Assembly (NCBI RefSeq): GCF_001194135.2
Contig: NC_068981.1
Coordinates: 143,464,870-143,528,869, forward strand
Direction of reading: 5' to 3'
DNA from: Octopus bimaculoides
Taxonomy: Eukaryota
Length of the DNA stretch: 64,000 bases
Positions 25,157-37,859 of this stretch are shown piece after piece; position 1 is the first letter of the stretch, and the number at the start of each line of letters is the position of its first letter. The notes below the pieces were generated by a model. The model was not told where the DNA came from. It was given only the letters and a program-made list of their open reading frames with translations, and did not search any database. The position numbers and the translations under genes were made by a program.

Positions 25157-25411
25157 NNNNNNNNNNNNNNNNNNNNNNNNNTCTATCATCGATGAGAACA
25201 TCACAAAATATACGCAAAGAAATTATAGTGAGGTAGGCATATATGTTCAACAACTTGAAATTGTCACACACACACACACACACACACCACACGATCTATC
25301 TATCTATCTATATATATATATATATATTATTTTCATCTCTTTAACTTTAAGCACTTCTATACTTCTTATTTAGATATCCTCTTTATCCAATGCGCTGTCT
25401 CTATCTCACAA

Positions 25412-25467
<56 letters not shown>

Positions 25468-25914
25468 TCTCCCTCTCCCTCTCTCTCTCTTTCTCTCCCA
25501 TTTTCTTTGCTTTCACTTTTCTGCTTTCTCAACCATATAGACTATATGAGATCCCTGGAACTCGTCCACAGATCTTGCACCATAGCAACGAAAGTGCTGT
25601 TAGACAAATATATTTAATCTTATGGTCAAATTGTTTCCCAAGCACTGATTATCTTCGATCAGACACTATCTCTTCTCTTTATTTTCTCTGTTTTTATTTT
25701 AATATACTTATTTATTCTATTGTCAATGTTTGAAAGAAGTACTCAGCGTGGAAATTTCACGGTTCGACAATTCATTTGTCTTTAAAATTGGCGAGTACAA
25801 CTGTCTACTACATCTTCATTCTCTCCCGATAGTGGCAAGTTAGGTCCAGAAAGAGATTCTTGCCAATTACAACAACACACACTACTACTATTTACAACGA
25901 CAGAAATGCTACAG

Positions 25915-26010
25915 CTGCTGGTGATGATGATGATGATGCTGAAACTGACGTTTATGATGATGATGATGATGATGATGACGATGATGATGTTATGGAGGTT
26001 GATAATGATG
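25915..26010. repeat. (GAT)n imperfect microsatellite
   Basis: Direct reading; source of the spurious poly-D/I ORFs. Confidence 0.92.
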
Positions 26011-26609
26011 ATCACAATAATAATTTCTTATTTCGGCACAGAGCCACAATTTTGTGGGGAGATACGCTATGGTCAATTAGATTGATCCCAGACAACTTAA
26101 AGACTTAACAGCTTTGGCCAAAGTGTTAATATGCTTGAGTTTGTGCTTAGTAGTGTCGTCAAGAAGAAATATTTATCACAACATCCCCAACGCCTGTAAA
26201 ATAACGTAGACATGAACAAATGGGAAGTTTCTACGAGTTTGTTTGATTTACTAGAAATAGCAGCCAAATATATCGCAAATCACACACTATCATAGTGAAA
26301 AAAAAAGAAAGGGCATTATAGATAATGCCTTTTTAAATTGTAAGATTGTCCCGACTTTGATTTTACATCAGTTTCTTCAAAGTTGACATGGTACTAAACA
26401 ACAACAACAAAACAAATACCGTAAATAAATTTGCTTGTAGATCTAGCTTGTTGGACATTTTGATAAACAATTAGGTTTAACATCTTCAACTACTGAAAGC
26501 TGTTGGCTGCCCTTTCTCTTTTTAAAATTAAATGTCATATTCACTTGTCCTGTACAGTATAATTAATGGTGTTGAATATCAGCTCTTTACTTTCAAAGTT
26601 CAAGTCTTA

Positions 26610-28780
26610 ACAGGTTGAAGTAATTTAGCTTTTATTGGACCATAGAAGGGATGAAAGACTAAGTTAAATCTGTCAAAATTTGAACTCAATCCAGGCTGGG
26701 TTTTTTTGTTTTTTTTCGGCGTGCAAAATCACGATATAATTATGATTCAGGAATATAGCCAGCAAATTTGATGGAAGAAGTTAGCTGAAGAAATCTGCCA
26801 CAATATTAAGTGAGACTTTATTTTATGATGCTCGAAAGGATGAAAGAGAAAGTTAATCTCGGTGGAATTTGATCTCAGAATGCCAAAATAAATAAATAAA
26901 TAAATAAATAAATAAAATAAAAATAAGAAAGAAAATCAGTCATTCCGATGGTCTGTCGAATTTGCTAGCTCGTTGCCATGTCAACCGTCTCTATAATGAA
27001 ATAAAGAAATTTATATGAGAATACATTCTCTATTATTTAGACTTCTGCTTCTCGAGGTTGGCACATGAAAAGGACTTTGGTCTACGAATTTTTTTTTAAT
27101 GAAAAGCTAACAGATGCCGCTGCCCGGCACGTTGGTAACCTATGCAAATAAAAGGACCACTATATCGTGTTGTCAGAGTTGTCGTAGGCAAAATCAGGAT
27201 CTAAATACTGCGAGGTATTTCTGTCCAAAGCTCTAGCAATTTTATGAATCTATTAGACTGGTAGTTTATTTTATCAACTAAAAAAAAATAATTAATACAT
27301 AAATAATTATGATAATCGTTTCTACTAAAGGCACAACGCCTGAAATTCGGGGAGTGGGAACTAGTCGATTACATCGATCCCAGTGTTTCACTGGTACTTA
27401 ATTTATCGATCGCAAAAGGATAAAAGGCAAAGTTGACCACGACAGATTTTGAACTCAGAACGTAATCACAGACGACATGTCGCTAACTATTAAGCCCAAC
27501 ATGCTAACGATTCTGCCAGGTCACCGCTTCGCTAATAATAGTAATAAAAATAATAATAATATTAATAATAGTCAAAGTTGTCTTCGGTGAGATCATCTGA
27601 ACAAACATTACTAAAAGGTCATCGCCTTACAAACTATTATATTAACAAAGGCGTTGTTACTAATCATTAAATCAATTTTAGGAAGAGGAAATGTATAACC
27701 AACGTTGAAAATATTTGATTGAAAGGAAATGAGAGTTTTGAAACGGACTTTTTTTGTTGTTTTGTAGCTCTTTAGATCTTTGACCATTTATCCTGCTTCA
27801 GTGCGGAGTTACAATCAAAATGAGACGTTGCCTAACATAGATGGTATATCACTGCAAGTCGAGTCCCGAAGCCACTGTTTTACGTAACCAAGAATCCGAT
27901 TATAGGAGGATGAATTCAAACACGTAAGGCAAATAACTAAAACAAAGTAATTTCTTTATAAAAACATACTCTTAACCTTTCGTTTGGATTGATACTTTAC
28001 TTCTATCGAACTTCAAAGAACAGTAGAAGAAGTCAGTCGTCTTCAGCGGGTTTTGATCTCAGAAGTATTAACATTATGCATTCTATAATCCACTCTAGAG
28101 ATGTTTTCAATTCACCGCGTTCTTTTGAGAATATTGGTAAGGCAGCATGCTGGCAGAATTGTTAGCACAACGGGAAAAAATCTTAGCAGTGTTTCGGCCG
28201 TCCTTACATTCTGAACTTAAATACCATCGGGGTCAACGTTACTTTCATCTTTTTGGTGTCGATAAAACAAGTAGCAGCTGAGCATTGGAATCGACTTACA
28301 TTCTTCCCAGAAATTGCTGGTCTTGTTCCAAAATTTGAAACTCATATTAATGATTGATTCTAGGTTAGGCAAAGAGTGACATTATTTTGCGTATGATCTG
28401 CTTTAATGAAATTTGCACTTTTCTGGAGAATATTTTGTCAACCCATAAGAATAATAAAAATATATAATCGATCTCGGTGGAATTTCCAATAAGAACTTAA
28501 GGGGTAACTAAATAACACTGCTTATTGTGTCACCCACCTTTTCAGGTCACCCTTTTACCTTCCACTTTGGTATTGATTTTCTTAAATAATTATAATACAT
28601 TAATTTTGCGGAGTAGAATCAGTCGATTAAATTGTACTCAGTACTTTACTTCAGTACATTTTATCGACCCGAAAAATATGAAAGATGAATAGACTTCTAC
28701 GGGGTTTGAAATACGAATGTTGATGCATAACTGGAAACGGCAATATATTTTAGTGGATATTTTTGTGTCGACTATCAGTG
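26610..28780. mobile_element. Cluster of family-B SINE copies: decayed minus copies ~26610-26690, ~26745-26985 (split by (AAAT)n), ~27960-28070 and ~28610-28720; good minus copy 27320-27529; plus copy 28141-28343
   Basis: Recurrent motifs ggtacttaatttatcga, gaaaggatgaaag, gaatttgaactcaga, gctaacgattctgcca and their reverse complements. Confidence 0.8.
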
Positions 28781-30060
28781 CTCTGACTTTCCTAATCTCA
28801 GCTCACTAAGCGGATCATCAGGGACTCAACCCAGTATCGCTTTACGGCTACCCTCCACCAATGCGAGGATCTCCCTGAAAAGGAAACGGTTCGTGGCTCG
28901 ATATTGGAAAACGGTATATTCACTAGCAGTTGAATGCAGGGTGGCCCTTTAAGTTTCCCACATTCCCACTGGATCAGAGGAGGTGCCAGCCCTAGGCGCC
29001 ATAGACCCAAATCGCTGCAAATAAATCCTGCTTACACTGTTGTCCTTGATCCTGTGAACATCCAGGTGCCTGCCTCTTACGTGTTCAGTCGCAATCTCAG
29101 TTCAGCCACAAGTTTGTATTCGTTACTCAACAAACGATCATTTGGCAAACCCTGCAGATCTGTATGAGTTTCCAGTGGCCATCTACATATACCTGATCGA
29201 TCTACTTTGCTACAAAGTCATTATTAACAAACCAAGTCCAATCATAATGTTCAGCAATTTGAAGACCATGTTTTTTTTCCAAATGACAGGAGCATCACAC
29301 CACTTTTTTCCTAGCACCAGTAGCAAAAGTGCCAACAATGCTTTCATGTTCCTTTCTGTCGATCCTAGTTGATGCGCTGAAATCTCATATGACCAAGGGT
29401 GTGTCCCTGTAAATTGCATACACTGCAACTAAAAAATGACACCCAGAGAATGTCGAATGCTCAGCCATGTAATACTCTCATTCACAGGTTTTACATCTCG
29501 TACCATTGGAACCAGCCATTCGACCACTGAAACTGCTAGCACACCAGTATAGCAGCCGTCAGAAAGCCGAGACAAGTTACAAGTGTGACCACCGGTTGAG
29601 ATGTCACTCCTCCCTGGCCGACGCACCGCTGGTAGAGCCACTGCAGTTCTTCGCAAACGGCTGAGTTCCAAAGACATTACGGGCAGCTGAAAAATCGTCC
29701 TTCAGAGAGAGAACATCCCAGGTCTCCACCCGAATATGCCACCACAGGTTAAACCGAGATTTCCTAATCCTGGCGGATGAAGACTTTGCACCAATCAGTC
29801 GACAACACTCCAACCCATACTGTCCTCTGCAGTCTTCCCCGGTCACCAGATGGGGTTCCTGACAACGTTACCCTAGGGTAGTTAAACAACCTGCCTTACA
29901 GGTGGTTGAGGAAGAGAAATTTTGGGGATTTGTGCAGGTGGTTATTATTGATATGGGTTTTATGAAGATGGAGTGCACATCCTACCTCAACCTCTTTTAG
30001 TATCCACTTTACGACACGCTGAGTATACGTGGGGATCTATCCTTTGGAACAGCTTTGCTT
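28750..30060 (-). mobile_element. RTE-type LINE 5' portion: putative 5' UTR plus decayed APE endonuclease and linker
   Basis: Minus-strand translation: IRVETWDVLSL (from RVGTWNV), LELSRLRRTAVALPAVRRPG, VKPVNESITWLSIRHSLGVI, a later IDH-like segment (YVDGHWKLIQICRV) and DPVGMWET. No RT domain follows. Confidence 0.85.
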
Positions 30061-30285
30061 ATTTGCGATGTTTGAATATACAACTATATTGTATAATACG
30101 TAGCATGAATATTAAGGCAACCATGTAAACATACTTTATGCCACGCTGAAAATATTATTACGTGAAGTAACCTGCGAAACTGCCGTAATCCTAAGATTAC
30201 CAAATCGTTAAATAACATATTCACTTTCGATACCTCCTGATTTTTATGTCTCCTGTATATATATATATATATATATACATGTATA

Positions 30286-30474
30286 TCTTTTTTTTTTGTT
30301 ATTGCTTTCAGCCATATAGCTGCGATCCTCTTGATGCACCACCGTGATTTAATGATGTTTACAGCTCCTAGGTTTCCAAAGCGGTCACCCATCTAAGCAC
30401 TAACTAGGCTCATCGTTGCTTAACATCGGTGATCGGACGAGAACCAGCGTTTTCAATGTGATATGGCCGTAAAT
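30286..30474 (-). mobile_element. Candidate 5S-headed SINE (SINE3-type): 5S head, SINE-shared tail and A-rich end
   Basis: 30343-30299 (minus) matches the family-A SINE tail at 63952-63996 at 33/45 ungapped positions, then ends in an A run. Confidence 0.7.
30357..30474 (-). pseudogene. 5S: 5S rRNA-derived sequence (118 nt), diverged
   Basis: Minus strand: ATTTACGGCCATATCACATTGAAAACGCTGGTTCTCGTCCGATCACCGATGTTAAGCAACGATGAGCCTAGTTAGTGCTTAGATGGGTGACCGCTTTGGAAACCTAGGAGCTGTAAAC. Full 5S length, box A (GTTAAGCA) and box C (GATGGGTGACCG) recognisable, terminal helix I can pair. Confidence 0.93.
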
Positions 30475-31704
30475 ATGTGTGTATATGTGTGTGTGTACCT
30501 TTATCTATTTATATATGTACATAGGCATAAATGTATTGAGGAGAGAGAGAGTTGTAGATTGTATGATCTGGGAGAGTTTTCTCACGTTCATTCTCAACGC
30601 TGTAGCTTCCTTGCAGGCTCAAGTTACAATTAAGATTTCCTCAGATTTGTATATCCATTTTCATAAGTAAGAAAAACCGATTTTCAGAAAATAGATTTTA
30701 TTTGTTTACATATTTCTTTACTTTTGCTTCAATGTTTTGACATTGTTAATTTCATTAAGTTTGATTGATTTCTATGATACCTCGACTAAAAGCATTTTTC
30801 TTAATTCTAGTTAGTCCTCTTCTGTTGGTTAAATTTCATTTATATATATATTTTTAATACCCATCGAGAACTTTATTGTCAGTTTTACATTTACAGACTG
30901 TTAAAAATATAAAACAGGTTCGGTATTACTGTCTTTATTGACATATTTATAACAGAAAAAAATCATTATGACAAAAAGTTCCTTAGGCGATATTTTTTAT
31001 TATTCTTTCTTTTCCAACCGATTGTGTATGATAATTCAAACCACCCCGGTATTAAAATGTGTCTGCAGTTTTAACTGGTTTTGTTTGAGTTAGGAAAACA
31101 AAACCTGTCATCCGTGTCAATTATATAACATTCTCAAAATTTCCCCAAAGAGCATTTAATTTCCTAAGTTTTTTATACGGAAAAATAATAATTGATGTTT
31201 AGTTGTTTTGCTAAAATGATGTATACACAAACAATGCATACAAAAATATAGCCAATATTCTTCTAAGTAAAATAAGGAAATATTTAGGTTTATTCACTTA
31301 GGTTTCGACAGGGAATTAAAGTTAATCAGTAACGATTATGGTATAACATAAATCTATATTCAGTAACTAACTGAAGAGATAGTTAGGTGAAATGTCAACC
31401 GGATAGTGTTACCTTATTTCGACAGCAAATCTGCTATGTGATTTAAAGCCTAAACTTGTACAGCAAACTGATTTATGCACCGATAGATACTGTAAAATAC
31501 AGTATCCTATAAACTCGAATGGTTGGGTTCAGAGCGCTGCGTGGGTGTAGTTTCTATTTCAATTGTAAATACGTATCAGTTGACCCTAACGGGTTTTGAT
31601 GCAAATAAATTAAGTGAATAACCATAATAGTGTGGTTTGCAGCTATTACATAACATGGAATTCACATTTTGTGTACCTTTCCGCACACAGATACAAACAC
31701 ACTG

Positions 31705-31817
31705 ATACATACATACATACATGCATACATACATACATAAATACATACATACATATATACATACATACATGCATGCATACATACATAGATACATACATAC
31801 ATACATACATACATACA
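31705..31817. repeat. (CATA)n microsatellite
   Basis: Direct reading. Confidence 0.96.
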
Positions 31818-31863
31818 TGTCTTGACTTTACACTGCATGGCGTTTAGAACATTTATAATAATG

Positions 31864-32058
31864 ATTTCAAATTTTGCCACTAGGGCAGCGTTTTGGGGAA
31901 GGGGATTAGTCGATTACATCAACGCTAGTGTTCAACTGGTACTTATTTTATCGACCCCGAAAGGATGAAAGGCAAATTTGAATTTGGTGGAATTTGAAGT
32001 AAGAAAGTTGCTAAGCATTTCGTCCGGCGCGCTAACAATTCTGCGAATTTGCCGCCTT
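31864..32058 (-). mobile_element. Family-B SINE
   Basis: ggggattagtcgattacatc...ctggtacttattttatcgaccccgaaaggatgaaaggcaaa...gcgctaacaattctgcgaatttgccgcctt. Confidence 0.9.
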
Positions 32059-32743
32059 AGGACATTTATGATGATACTGCAGTGAAAACCAGAACTTAAA
32101 TCAGAAGTGTGAGCATGAATCAAGCCGTTTTCTCACGCGCCGTTCACAAGGGGTTTTAAAACGAAACAATATAATGATAACCGATTCCTTGAAACTTTCA
32201 TTTCATATTTTTTAAAATATTCAGGCACTGAGTATTCAGAAGAAAACCAGGCTCAGTTTACGAGTGATTATAGGAAACGAACAGCACTAAGTACTCGAAA
32301 TCGGAGCTTTTCAGTTATATTGTATGAAATAAAACTCTACACTTTTATTGAGTCCTGTAATTTATCGCTTCGTGTGAGCTGGAAGAATCGTTAGGATGCA
32401 GGATTAAATGCTTTGTAGCATTTCGTTCGTCTTTACGTTTTTTTATTTGTATTTTTCTCACAAGTTAATTGTGTTAATTGGTCAAACTCACCACCACAAA
32501 CCGCTTTTTTCCCAATGGGCTATCAAATACGGTCATCTAACATGCCCATTGATAATAATGGTTTCGTATTTAAAAACAGGGTCAAGATTTTTTAGTTGAG
32601 ACAGATTATACGATACTATCGATATTGATTGATATTAATCTTTTATGAACTCCGAAGCGATGAAAGTCAAATTTTATCATGGTGATATTTGAACCGACAA
32701 CGCAAAGAGCCAGAAGAAATGGCGCAATGCTATTTTTCTTTTC

Positions 32744-32951
32744 TTCTCTAGGCACAAGGCCCGAAATTTGTGGGGAGGGGGCTAGTTGATCAGATCTACC
32801 CCATTACGCAACTGGTACTTAATTTATCGACCCCGAAAAGATGAAAGGCAAAGTCGACCTCGGTGGTATTTGATCTTGGAGGGTAAAGACATACGAAATA
32901 CCGCTAAGCATTTTGCCGGACATGCTAACGTTTCTGCCAGCTCGCCGCCTT
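32744..32951 (-). mobile_element. Family-B SINE
   Basis: ggcacaaggcccgaaattt...ggtacttaatttatcgaccccgaaaagatgaaaggcaaagtcgacctcgg...ctgccagctcgccgcctt. Confidence 0.92.
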
Positions 32952-33428
32952 GCAATGCCATTTTTCTGACGCTCTAAGGAATTTGCCAGCTGACCGCCAA
33001 GACGAAGACGACCACAATGATGATAATTATAGTTGCTTTATTACACACGAGGGCTAGAAGTAAAAATATAAAGGATATGAGATTTACAAAACACAAGCAA
33101 AAGAAACAAAGTCATATAAAACGGGAAAGAGTAGGGGAACATAAAGAAGACTGAAAATTGTAAGGAAGAGTGTATTTATTTGGTAAATACATATATAAAA
33201 GCATACAATAGTAAAAGAAAAACAAAACAAGAAATAATAGTACATGAAAATCACACAGAACTGGGAGAATCCACACAATAACTTAACTCTTCATTTTGAT
33301 ATGTTCTGGCAGATTAGAGTGTAAATATCATTGTTTTACTTTATCGGCGAACATATCTTCTCTTTAAACGATTATATATTCATAATGCACGTGGTTCAAC
33401 GGTTCGATAGTGTAAAGAAACTTTGAGG

Positions 33429-33465
33429 CACCGCGGTGTTTCGACCTTGTTCTATGTCTCCTCAG
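33429..33465 (-). ncRNA. Partial hammerhead-like core (Penelope-type)
   Basis: Minus strand: CTGAGGA GAC atagaacaag GTC GAAA CACCGCGGTG, giving an intact CUGANGA and GAAA, a 3-bp helix II and a palindromic helix III. The U of the NUH site is C and no helix I partner was found. Confidence 0.35.
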
Positions 33466-33987
33466 CTGAGGGTACCCCGAGGAACAGATGACTCTCACAA
33501 AATCAAGTGTTGTTTATAGGATTCAACTAATAAATTATTTGCCCATGCGTGTCGGTGTTTTCCAAGCAAGTAATGATGCATGGGCCCACACAGAACAGCG
33601 AAAACGCAAACAATAACATATCTGTTCATTCCTAATAAGCTTTTGTCAGATTCGAACTTGAAAATGCGGATCGCTGTTGTTTTCATCGGAGACCGTCCCC
33701 CTTTTGACCATATGAATCCATGACATATAAGATTCGTTGATGTAAGGGAATTTCAGGGGATACAGTGATGTTGTGCTTTTTCTGTTGTCGTTGTTCTTTA
33801 TTGCAGGTCTCACTCTTCCTGCTTACTGTCACCGCCATTTATCGACGGCGTCAATATTCTCTCGATTTCTGAGGCAAATCTTGAGACGGAAGACGAAACG
33901 ATATTCTCCGCCTATGAAGGAAAACCTTAACCGATGGTAAAATTGCTGCTTTTTTATACGTTTGTACTTGATATTGTGCGTGTGTGT

Positions 33988-33992
<5 letters not shown>

Positions 33993-34066
<74 letters not shown>

Positions 34067-34082
34067 GTGTGTGTGTGTGTGC
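33993..34082. repeat. (GT)n microsatellite
   Basis: Direct reading. Confidence 0.98.
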
Positions 34083-34089
34083 GTGTTTT

Positions 34090-34870
34090 CCAGCAGAAAA
34101 CTCTGGAGTACTTTTGGTTTCTACAATATAACAGCCCTTCTGCTTGTCCTATCAATTTCATTCCTAATGAATATAATGGAGTAGATCAGAGATTTGAAAG
34201 GATGTTGTGAATCTGGAATTTCATAATGACCATTGCCGAGCATATTATTTCTCGTGATCTCCTGTCCTTACTGCTGGCCCCTATTTCTCCACGAAGGTGA
34301 AAACTAAGCAATGTTCGATATTTCTACCAATGATCCTTAGAATTTTCTTTATCCCGGGTTCACATTTATTGGAGTATAGGCTTATAAACGAGTCTATTGC
34401 TCATACTTCAATCTGCTCTTTTGCCTTGGCTTCGCTTTTGAAATACAGTTCGATGGTCTCTTTGGATTCGCCTTGCTCTATAACTACACTCATAAACTCT
34501 ATGACTTCACTCATGTCCAAGAAATACTTCAACTTCTTTGAAGTTGTACTGTTCTCTGCTGTACTTTTATTAGCTTTCACTTCGTCAGCTCCCGAATATA
34601 TTTGCTCGGCCTCAAAGAAAAAGTTCGGGCACGAGTTCTGTCTATATTTAGATAACCCTCTTTGTACTAATATAGGTAAAAGCATTTACTACTAATATTT
34701 TCGCTAGCCTTGTGTATATTTGTGAGTGCCTTCTGGGCTCTGCTTCTATACATCTTTGATTTCTCGAGCTCTTTCCAGTTGATGTCATAATCAATATTTC
34801 TGCCTTACAAAGTCGCAGTTGTGTGTTCATTTGGCCATTTGCATAATGAGAAATGTTCATACGATCATTA
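34090..34870 (-). pseudogene. Unassigned decayed coding-like segment (possibly Penelope-like RT)
   Basis: High-complexity sequence with overlapping 70- and 94-aa minus ORFs and further open pieces (NFFFEAEQIY, EHCLVFTFVEK, HYEIPDSQHPFKSLIYSII) in the order of PLE RT motifs. The similarity is weak. Confidence 0.25.
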
Positions 34871-35541
34871 TCTGACTTGGTTTTCCAGCATACCTATATA
34901 ACATTTTATTTGTACTACTTGTTTAATAATGATTAAACCCGAACCTCACAAATATATTCCTGACTTGTTATTGCTGCTGCTGGCGCCCTCCTCTTTTTTG
35001 TAGTTATTGTTATTAACTAAGACATAAAAATCATCTTTAGTGTTCGGTAAGTCATTATTTTCCTTTTTTCAAAATGTATGTTTTCGGAAGAATTATTTGT
35101 GTGCTTGCTATTTTTCCATGTTTAACACTTGTTAAACTATTCTAATTTTCTTTCAGGTTCCTGTGCATGTTATCGTCGTTAGTCTTGTTGATGTTATCGT
35201 GTTGAGATGGAATATAACTTCAATATGTTAGAAAATATAAAACAAAGTGTGTAATGACAAACTGTTTTTGTCTACCGAAATTACTGGGGCACATGTCCAT
35301 AGAAAAGTATTCTTAATTGGCAATTACGCCAAAGAAAAGCAAAACTCATTTGGTTATACTTGAAATAAACGCCTAATGCGAGTCAGTCAAACACGTCTAC
35401 ACGCTATGTTAGTCAATAGAATCGTCATCATTATTATCACCATCATCCTCATTATCACCACCACCACCATCACCACCACCACCATCAACATCATCATCAC
35501 CGCCCTCATCATCTTCAATAGAAACAACAATAATAAAACTA

Positions 35542-35756
35542 ATGGTTTCAAATTTTAGCACAAGAACAGCAATTTTGAGGGAGGGTGGTATTTAATTACA
35601 TCGACCCCATACTCAACAGGTACTTATTGTATCGACTCCGAAACGATGAAATGCGAAGTTGATCTTGACAGTATTTGAATTCAGAACGTAAAGACCGACG
35701 AAATGTCATTAAGCATTTTGTCCGGCATGCTAATGATTTTCCCAGCTCGTTGCCTC
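35542..35756 (-). mobile_element. Family-B SINE (older copy)
   Basis: aattacatcgacccc...caacaggtacttattgtatcgactccgaaacgatgaaa...gtatttgaattcagaacgtaaagaccgacg. Confidence 0.88.
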
Positions 35757-36323
35757 AAGGTTTGGAACTCGGAGGATGAAGGGATATCAATAAACCTCAC
35801 TATACATTGGCTCCTACTGGTCTGTTTCTCTCAACTGTTTCCCTTTATGCCTTTTGACAGTGGTATCTCTATGCATATGGAATTGTGTATTTTGACAGAA
35901 TTAAGTTTATTGTACATGAAAAGAGAACAGCGCTGATTATGCGACACGAACTATTGAACATTTGTTTAATACACCAAATCATTCTCTAGCATGTTGCAAC
36001 CTCCAATTATAAATTGAAATTGGCATTTGGCATTATGACTTTGAGAGCTCGTCCCTACAGACTAGCAGTCTATACGTCAGGCAGTAAATTAATTCATCTG
36101 TTTTCTCCAAATAACATTAATTGTTGTTCAATAGAGTTTAGGTATAGAAACTAACATATCACTGGTATATCAACTCTTGAATTGGTAAAATTCCTATCGT
36201 AAATAGTAATAAATCATCAGAGGTGGTTTTTCGAGAGTTCTTGTATGAATCACCACCGTCCCCGTGAAGGGGTACATCTCCGAATCATTTATTTTAAGCA
36301 ACAACTACTGTATTTCTGGTAGT

Positions 36324-36706
36324 GGAGGCGCAATGGCCCAGTGGTTAGGGCAGCGGACTCGCGGTCATAGGATCGTGGTTTCGATTCGCAGACCGGGCGT
36401 TGTGAGTGTTTATTGAGAGAAAACACATAAAGCTCCACGAGGCTCCGGCAGGGGATGGTGGCAAACCCTGCTGTACTATTCCACCACAACTTTCTCTCAC
36501 TCTTACTTCCTGTTTCTGTTGTATCTGTAATTCAAAGAGCCAGCCTTGTCACACTGTGTCACGCTGAATATCCCCGAGAACTACATTAAGGGTACACGTG
36601 TGTGTGGAGTGCTCAGCAACATGCACGTTAATTTCACGAACAGGCTGTTCCGTTGATCGGATCAACTGGAACCCTCGACGTCGTAAGCGACGGAGTGCCA
36701 ACAACA
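36324..36706 (+). mobile_element. tRNA-headed SINE, family C, full length, with a 14-bp TSD
   Basis: A box TGGCCCAGTGG, B box GGTTTCGATTCG, central domain cagccttgtcacactgtgtcacgctgaat...caggctgttccgttgatcggatcaactggaaccc, (AAC)n tail. TSD actgtatttctggt (36307-20) / actgtgtttctggt (36707-20). Confidence 0.93.
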
Positions 36707-37859
36707 ACTGTGTTTCTGGTGATTTCAACTCTACTACCATAATTCTAATAATAATATTTTATCTGCATATGATTATTCGTAAATGGCTTGAGCAGGATAG
36801 ACAGTTCTGCAATAATGCGACGTGTTTTGCCACGGTTCAATGCTAACGACGAGAAATAAAGCCATGAATCAAATTATGAATTAACTGCAAATATTTTAAT
36901 GTAAATGATATTAGACATTATAATTACAAATTTAAGATAGAAAAGAAATTCATAATTTCTCATTCATGGAGATACGTCTGGCCGCAAACATTTAACTCAG
37001 TGAGTTAAAATACCACGCTATGCTGAGCATATGTACAATTGTCTATCCTATAGGGACCGATGTAGAGATAAAACAGCACAGATAAAATATCAGAAACTAT
37101 TTATAGTATTTAATTTGGGCAGACGGAATGATAGGTTTCCTGTTGTGTAATTGGAAAAGCGGTAGGCCACCGTGCGATAGATACATGACTCGATTCTCCT
37201 CAATGGACATGTTTCTCATTATGTCACAAATTGGTGCATATAATGTATAATATATAATATAATTTACAGTAAAATCTTAGCAGTTAATTCATAATCCGGT
37301 TCTGTATTTAAAACACAGTTACCAATAACGACATTGTACAATCATTATAGCCATCAATTATTCTGCAATTGATTATTTTCGTTAACTTTCTCGTTAATTT
37401 TCTTATGTTACATATTTACAGTTAGGTGCACTGGGCTATTTGAAAGTTAAGTGTCTATGCTAGGGTCAAAAGGCTATAACAATGACGAAATAAGAACCGG
37501 GTGACTACACAGCAGACAAGCTAACGGCTTATGCACTCGAGCAGATATCAGTTTAAATTAATATCTAAGTTCAGATTAATGCATTATTTCCGTGTAATGG
37601 CGATGCTGATGCTCGGATTTATATATTTCTTCTCTATTCATGTATATCTCTAGTATTCTGTTAGATTTTCCTGATATCACTTTATAGTTATGATTTTGTT
37701 TTTGATTTTGAATATTTTGAAACATTTTATTGGCTTCGTTTGTTCGATCGAATAATTTGCTATTATAGTAATCACATGTTTGTAATTATGGAAGGACAAT
37801 TATAATTACAATGAATGTATGTTAATATTTTACAAGGCTGCAGACATATACATTTAGCT

